Assembly (NCBI GenBank): GCA_905479195.1
Contig: CAJQLO010000001.1
Span: 368,694 to 432,693, forward strand
Reading direction: 5' to 3'
Length of the DNA stretch: 64,000 nt
Origin: an uncultured Gammaproteobacteria bacterium
Lineage (GTDB): Bacteria > Pseudomonadota > Gammaproteobacteria > GCA-002705445 > GCA-002716945
Under the pieces are notes generated by a model. It was not told the DNA's origin. It ran no database searches and worked only from the letters and a program-made list of their open reading frames with translations. Shown piece after piece: positions 58,955-64,000 of this stretch. Numbering within the stretch: position 1 is the first letter of the stretch; each line of letters begins with the position of its first letter. The position numbers and the translations under genes are program-made.

Positions 58955-58962
58955 TGTATAAT
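58955..58962 (+). promoter_or_regulatory. candidate extended -10 element (TGTATAAT) for fmdB-aspS
   Basis: TGnTATAAT lies 30 nt upstream of the fmdB ATG with a weak -35. Low specificity in an AT-rich genome. Confidence 0.25.
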
Positions 58963-58992
58963 AAAACCTAATATTACGCTGTGAATTGAATT

Positions 58993-59229
58993 ATGCCTAT
59001 TTATGAATACAAATGTGATGAATGTGGCGCAATTTTTGAAAATTTTCAAAAAATAACCGATAAAGACCTGGATATATGTCAATCTTGCAAAAAAAGTGGA
59101 ATAAAAAAATTGATATCTTCGTCTGGATTTAGACTTAAAGGGTCCGGTTGGTATGAAACAGATTTTAAAGGAAAGAAGGTTAAGGAGGATAAGTCGTCAC
59201 CGAAATTAAATGCAACTGACAAATCTTAA
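58993..59229 (+). CDS. FmdB-family zinc-ribbon putative regulatory protein
   Basis: MPIYEYKCDECG...C.SC. canonical FmdB N-terminus. 78 aa. Upstream of aspS as in many proteobacteria. Confidence 0.75.
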   Translation: MPIYEYKCDECGAIFENFQKITDKDLDICQSCKKSGIKKLISSSGFRLKGSGWYETDFKGKKVKEDKSSPKLNATDKS

Positions 59230-59252
59230 TGTTGAGTGGAATTATATAAATA

Positions 59253-61019
59253 ATGAAAAATTACCATTGTAATGAAATAACTGAAAACATATTAAACCAA
59301 GAAATCAAGTTGTCTGGGTGGGCTGGCAAGCGCAGAGATCATGGTGGAATTATCTTTGTTGATTTAAGAGATTATACCGGTATTGTCCAGCTTGTTTTTA
59401 ACCCTGAAGATAAAGAGCTTTTTATGAAAGCTGAATCTATTAGATCAGAGTTTGTCATAGAAATAAGAGGAATGGTTAATCCTAGATTAGAAGGCACAGT
59501 TAATGATGACTTGGCGACAGGCAAAATCGAAATTATAGTATCTTCTTTACAAATATTAAATAAGTCTGAAACTCCGCCATTCAAAATTAATGATGGCAAT
59601 GTTAATGAAGATCAAAGACTTCAGTATCGTTATCTAGACATGAGAAGCGATAAGATGCAAAAGACTATACGTTTCAGATCAAAACTTATTCAAATAATTA
59701 GAAATTATTTTTATTCTAAAGAGTTTGTTGATATTGAGACTCCTATTTTAACAAAAACAACTCCAGAGGGTGCGAGAGACTACTTGGTTCCTAGTAGAGT
59801 ACACCCAAAAGAATTCTTTGCTTTACCTCAATCCCCGCAATTATTTAAACAAACCCTGATGATTGGTGGATTAGATAAATATTTTCAAATTGCAAAGTGT
59901 TTTAGAGATGAAGATCTAAGGTCTGATAGACAGCCTGAATTTACACAGCTTGATGTTGAATTATCATTTACTGATGAAGAAGAAATCATTCAAATAGTTG
60001 AAGAATTATTCACGCTAATCTTTAAAGATATTATGGATTATAGTGATGATTTAAATTTTGAACGTATGTCATACCATGATGCATTGCAAAACTATGGCTG
60101 TGATAAACCAGACCTAAGAAATCCATTAATTTTAAAAGATATTAAAGAATTAGTGAAAGGAGTAGACTTTAAAGTATTTTCTGATCATGTAAATAATTCA
60201 ACCTCCAGGATAGCTGCTTTGAGAGTGCCGGGTGGCATCTCCTTGTCTAGGAAAAATATTGATGATCTCACGGAACTTGTGAAAAATTTTGGAGCAAAAG
60301 GTCTTGCGTATTTTAAATGTGAAGATATTTCTGACATAGAGAATGGAATTGCTTCTCCAATTAAAAAATTCTTAAACACCGAAGTTATCCAAAATATTCT
60401 TAATGAAGTTAATGCGGAAAATGGCGACCTAATATTTTTCTCTGCAGATTCTACCGAAATTGTTAATAGTTCTATGTCAGCACTCATGAAAGAGTTGGGT
60501 TCAAACTTAAATCTTTTATCTGGTGGGTGGAAGTTTTTATGGGTTCTGGATTATCCTCTTTTTGAGCAAGATTCTGAAGGAAATCCTACTTCTATACATC
60601 ACCCATTTACTTCTCCAAAGAACTTCAGTGATTTATCAGAAACTGATGTTTATAAAATTCCGTCAAGAGCATATGATTTAATTTTAAATGGTAATGAGAT
60701 TGGTGGCGGATCAATAAGGATACATTCCAGAGATATACAGATGAAAGTATTTGAGCTACTTAATATCAGCGAAGAAGAGATGAATAAAAAATTTGGATTT
60801 TTCTTAAAAGCATTATCTTTTGGTTGTCCACCTCATGGCGGGATAGCTTTTGGAATAGATAGATTGGTTATGTTGTTATTGGAATTAGATTCTATACGAG
60901 AGACAATTGCTTTTCCAAAAACACAATCTGCGTCATGTTTACTTACTAATGCCCCATCTAGTGTAGATGAGAAACAGTTACGTGAATTATCTATCAATAC
61001 AATCAAGTCAATAAAATAA
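59253..61019 (+). CDS. aspS: aspartate--tRNA ligase
   Basis: Class II aaRS motifs (FRDEDLR, GGSIR, GFDRL), N-terminal OB fold, GAD insertion. 588 aa. Confidence 0.95.
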   Translation: MKNYHCNEITENILNQEIKLSGWAGKRRDHGGIIFVDLRDYTGIVQLVFNPEDKELFMKAESIRSEFVIEIRGMVNPRLEGTVNDDLATGKIEIIVSSLQILNKSETPPFKINDGNVNEDQRLQYRYLDMRSDKMQKTIRFRSKLIQIIRNYFYSKEFVDIETPILTKTTPEGARDYLVPSRVHPKEFFALPQSPQLFKQTLMIGGLDKYFQIAKCFRDEDLRSDRQPEFTQLDVELSFTDEEEIIQIVEELFTLIFKDIMDYSDDLNFERMSYHDALQNYGCDKPDLRNPLILKDIKELVKGVDFKVFSDHVNNSTSRIAALRVPGGISLSRKNIDDLTELVKNFGAKGLAYFKCEDISDIENGIASPIKKFLNTEVIQNILNEVNAENGDLIFFSADSTEIVNSSMSALMKELGSNLNLLSGGWKFLWVLDYPLFEQDSEGNPTSIHHPFTSPKNFSDLSETDVYKIPSRAYDLILNGNEIGGGSIRIHSRDIQMKVFELLNISEEEMNKKFGFFLKALSFGCPPHGGIAFGIDRLVMLLLELDSIRETIAFPKTQSASCLLTNAPSSVDEKQLRELSINTIKSIK

Positions 61020-61022
61020 AAT

Positions 61023-62003
61023 ATGGAATATAACGAATATCTTTTAAAAACAAAGTCTTTGTTAGAGAGTAATAACGCTAAAATAATAGCGCATTACTAT
61101 GTTGATGAATTAGTCCAAAGATTAGCAGAAGATACTGGCGGCCTCGTTAGTGATAGTCTTGAAATGGCAAGATATGGCGCAAAACAACAAGAGTCTACAT
61201 TGATAGTTGCCGGTGTAAAGTTCATGGGTGAAACAGCCAAGATTCTCAGTCCGGATAAGAAAATATACATGCTAGACATGGAGGCAACATGTTCTCTTGA
61301 TATTGGTTGTGATTATGTAAATTTTAAAAAATTTTGTGATGAGCATCCAGATAGAGAAGTTGTAGTATATGCAAATACAAGTGCAGAAGTTAAGTCAATT
61401 GCTGACTGGGTAGTTACATCTAGTATGGCAGTATCGCTTGTTGAGCACCTAACCTCTTTAGGTAAGAAATTAATATGGGCCCCTGATAAATATCTTGGCA
61501 ACTATATTTTAGAAAAAACTGGTGCAGATATGCTGTTGTGGGATGGATCTTGCATAGTTCATGAAGAATATAAAGCCCTTGAATTAAGAAATATGATTAA
61601 GCAGTATCCAGACAGTGATGTTCTTGTGCATCCAGAATCTCCGCGAAGTATAATACAAATGGCTCAGGTAGTAGGTTCAACAACTAAATTAATAGAAGCG
61701 TCCAAGAATAGTAGTAAAAAATATATTATCGTGGCTACAGAAAAAGGAATTTTTTATCAGATGAAAAAATATTCACCTGAAAAAATATTTTTAGAGGCGC
61801 CCACGGAAGGTGAGGGCGCTACATGCAAGAGTTGCGGGAGATGTCCTTGGATGAATTTAAATACTGCTAAGAAAGTTTTAAACGTATTTAAATCAAAATC
61901 TAACGAAATAATTTTAGCGCATGATATAATAACTAAAGCCAAGATTCCAATTGATAGAATGGTTAATTTTCGCTTAAATAATGTTACACATAAGGCATCT
62001 TGA
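61023..62003 (+). CDS. nadA: quinolinate synthase A
   Basis: IIAHYYV, FMGETAKIL, and a Cys triad across the three-domain fold. 326 aa. Confidence 0.8.
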   Translation: MEYNEYLLKTKSLLESNNAKIIAHYYVDELVQRLAEDTGGLVSDSLEMARYGAKQQESTLIVAGVKFMGETAKILSPDKKIYMLDMEATCSLDIGCDYVNFKKFCDEHPDREVVVYANTSAEVKSIADWVVTSSMAVSLVEHLTSLGKKLIWAPDKYLGNYILEKTGADMLLWDGSCIVHEEYKALELRNMIKQYPDSDVLVHPESPRSIIQMAQVVGSTTKLIEASKNSSKKYIIVATEKGIFYQMKKYSPEKIFLEAPTEGEGATCKSCGRCPWMNLNTAKKVLNVFKSKSNEIILAHDIITKAKIPIDRMVNFRLNNVTHKAS

Positions 62004-62004
62004 T

Positions 62005-62718
62005 ATGGCAGGACATAGTAAATGGGCGAATATCCAACATAGGAAAAAAGCTCAAGATAATAAAAGAGGTAAAACCTTTACAAAGGTAATAAGAGAGATC
62101 ACCGTTGCTGCTAAAATGGGTGGAACAGATGTTGGTAGTAATTCGCGATTAAGATTAGCTTTGTCTAAGGCTAACGCAGCAAATGTTCCGAAAGATACGG
62201 TAAAAAGAGCAATTGATAAAGCCTCTGGACAAAATAATGATAACTTTGAAGAAATAACATACGAGGGTTATGGCCCTAAAGGCATTGCTGTGATAATTGA
62301 ATGTCTAACAGATAATAAAAATAGAACAGTTTCTGACTTACGGCATGCATTGACAAAGCATGGAGGAAGTCTTGGAACTAATGGTTCTGTATCTCATTTA
62401 TTTCGAAAAGTTGGAATAATGAAATTACTAAATATTACCGAAGATGATCTTCTGGAGCATATGGATTTTGTAGATATTGAAGATTTTGAAATGATTGATA
62501 CTGACTGTATTATTTTTACAAAACCTAATGAATTATTTAATACCAAAAAATATTTTGAATCTAAAACTGTCCAAGTAGCTGATGAAGAAATAATTATGGA
62601 TGCTCTAACAACAATAGAAATGAGTAAAGATGATGAGGAACAGATTTCCGACTTATCTAGTAAAATAGAGGAGTTAGATGACGTTCAAAATGTTTATATG
62701 AACGCTAGTCTTTCATAG
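62005..62718 (+). CDS. yebC: YebC/PmpR-family transcriptional regulator
   Basis: MAGHSKWANIQHRK canonical N-terminus. The ORF-track start at 61981 is an upstream in-frame extension. Confidence 0.9.
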   Translation: MAGHSKWANIQHRKKAQDNKRGKTFTKVIREITVAAKMGGTDVGSNSRLRLALSKANAANVPKDTVKRAIDKASGQNNDNFEEITYEGYGPKGIAVIIECLTDNKNRTVSDLRHALTKHGGSLGTNGSVSHLFRKVGIMKLLNITEDDLLEHMDFVDIEDFEMIDTDCIIFTKPNELFNTKKYFESKTVQVADEEIIMDALTTIEMSKDDEEQISDLSSKIEELDDVQNVYMNASLS

Positions 62719-62723
62719 GATTT

Positions 62724-63221
62724 ATGACAATTATATTAGGAATTGATCCCGGAACAAATATTACTGGATTTGGATTAATTAAACTTATAGATAATAATTT
62801 TACCTACGTACATCATGCAGTCATTAAGACTGGTTTAAAGAATAAATATACAACTAAACTTGGGCTCATTAACGAGGCTACAAATAGTATTATAGATGAA
62901 TATAGCCCATCACATGTGGCTATCGAATCAGTATTTTTTAGTGTAAATGCAGGAACAGCTATAAAGCTTGGCCAAGCAAGAGGAGCTGCTATTTGTGCAT
63001 GCAGTAGAGCAGCTTTAGAAGTTTTTGAGTATAGCCCTAGAACGGTAAAAATGGTTGTAACAACAAGTGGCGCATCTGATAAAGAACAGTTGCAAAAAAA
63101 AGTTAAAAACATCCTTAAAATTAGGCGTAAATTAGAAATAGATGCTTCTGATGCCCTAGGTGTTGCTATATGTCATGCAATGACATACATAGATAACCCT
63201 AATAATGTCAAAAGCATTTAG
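62724..63221 (+). CDS. ruvC: crossover junction endodeoxyribonuclease RuvC
   Basis: ILGIDPGTNITGFGLI N-terminus (catalytic Asp), RNase H fold. 165 aa. Confidence 0.9.
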   Translation: MTIILGIDPGTNITGFGLIKLIDNNFTYVHHAVIKTGLKNKYTTKLGLINEATNSIIDEYSPSHVAIESVFFSVNAGTAIKLGQARGAAICACSRAALEVFEYSPRTVKMVVTTSGASDKEQLQKKVKNILKIRRKLEIDASDALGVAICHAMTYIDNPNNVKSI

Positions 63222-63224
63222 ATT

Positions 63225-63866
63225 ATGAATACGTTAATCATAAATGAAATATTTTATTCAATTCAAGGGGAAAGCTTATCATCTGGAATGCCTACAGTCT
63301 TTATCAGATTAACCGGTTGCCCTTTAAGATGTCAATATTGTGATACAGCTTATGCCTTCACGGAAGGATCTAAAAAAAATTTTGATGAGATAATCGGTGA
63401 GGTGCGAAAGTTTAATTGTAATAATATTACAGTAACTGGCGGGGAACCATTATCTCAAAAAAATACAATCGATTTTTTAACTCTCTTGAATGGTTTATCA
63501 TATAATGTCTCTATTGAAACAAGTAATGCTGTTTCAATAAAAAAGTTAGATAATAAAACAATTATTATATTAGATGTTAAAACACCAGCTTCAAAGGAAT
63601 CTGATAAAAATATTATAGATAATTATAAATATCTAAAATCTATAGATCAGATTAAATTTGTTATTTGTGACTTAGATGATTATATATGGGCAAAGGATTA
63701 TATTTTTAAATATAATTTACATGAAAAATGTACTGTTTTATTTTCCCCTAGCTATAACCAAATGGATATAAAGATTCTTGCTGAAAATATGCTAAAAGAT
63801 AATATTCCAGCCAGACTGCAGACTCAGTTACATAAAGTTATATGGAGTGATGAACGTGGGAAGTAA
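63225..63866 (+). CDS. queE: 7-carboxy-7-deazaguanine synthase (radical SAM)
   Basis: [10 protein letters not shown] radical-SAM motif. 213 aa. Confidence 0.85.
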   Translation: MNTLIINEIFYSIQGESLSSGMPTVFIRLTGCPLRCQYCDTAYAFTEGSKKNFDEIIGEVRKFNCNNITVTGGEPLSQKNTIDFLTLLNGLSYNVSIETSNAVSIKKLDNKTIIILDVKTPASKESDKNIIDNYKYLKSIDQIKFVICDLDDYIWAKDYIFKYNLHEKCTVLFSPSYNQMDIKILAENMLKDNIPARLQTQLHKVIWSDERGK

Positions 63867-63867
63867 T

Positions 63868-64000
63868 TTGAATGCTTTAGTCCTTTTTTCTGGTGGTTTA
63901 GATTCTACAACATCATTAGCTATTGCTAAATCTATGGGATATAAAATTACAGCCCTCACCATTAACTATAAACAAAGGCATGACTATGAAATAATGGCTA
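63868..64000 (+). CDS. queC: 7-cyano-7-deazaguanine synthase, N-terminal fragment (runs off the window end); start TTG 63868 or GTG 63856
   Basis: [20 protein letters not shown]-loop typical of QueC. Follows queE. Confidence 0.7.
   Translation, partial: MNALVLFSGGLDSTTSLAIAKSMGYKITALTINYKQRHDYEIMA

Noticed and set aside
1-64000. Search for CRISPR arrays, tRNA/rRNA genes, transposases, integrases, phage genes and toxin-antitoxin pairs
   Set aside because: No direct-repeat/spacer arrays, no cloverleaf-like tRNA candidates adjacent to genes, and no ORFs with DDE/tyrosine-recombinase or phage structural signatures were seen. The window looks like core chromosome plus metabolic islands rather than a mobile region.

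Overview
The window is visibly AT-rich (about 30% GC by eye; not computed) and very gene-dense, with many 1-4 nt start/stop overlaps. The gene neighbourhoods (lpxC-DUF721-secA-argJ-mutT, zapD-coaE, bamD/rluD-yfiH, fmdB-aspS-nadA, yebC-ruvC), the presence of ZapD and a type-A RNase P RNA all point to a gamma- or beta-proteobacterium with a streamlined genome. It reads as three blocks.

(1) 99-6203: a periplasmic methanethiol-oxidase module. It holds a small membrane protein, a FadL/TodX-family outer-membrane channel, an SBP56/MtoX homologue, a single-ORF fusion of a Sco1/SenC-like copper chaperone with a MauG/di-haem cytochrome c peroxidase domain, and a TlpA-like thioredoxin.

(2) 6208-24965: a ~19 kb C1 island for tetrahydromethanopterin (H4MPT)/methylofuran-dependent formaldehyde oxidation. 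On the minus strand is fhcB-A-D-C. On the plus strand are mptG-like, mtdB-like, mch and fae, plus three ATP-grasp ligases and CitG-like, HisA-like, hydantoinase-like and PabB-like genes. A minus-strand operon carries mobA, dmrA-like, DHPS-like, DUF447 and MfnB-like genes.

(3) 25022-64000: housekeeping. dusA, a SAM methyltransferase and RNase P RNA (rnpB) lie immediately upstream of a rearranged dcw cluster: mraZ, a 65-aa J-domain ORF, rsmH, ftsL, ftsZ, ftsI, murE, murF, mraY, murD, ftsW, murG, murB, ddl, ftsQ, ftsA. ftsZ has moved to sit after ftsL, and murC is replaced by murB. Then follow lpxC, secA, argJ, a mutT-thiE-like fusion, zapD, coaE, nadE, bamD, rluD, pgeF, an RND efflux pair, two monohaem cytochromes c, fmdB, aspS, nadA, yebC, ruvC, queE and the 5' end of queC.

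I saw no tRNA, rRNA, CRISPR array, transposase or integrase. The most unusual signals are the mtoX module physically abutting the formaldehyde-oxidation island, the Sco1-MauG fusion, and the dcw rearrangement with an embedded J-domain mini-gene.
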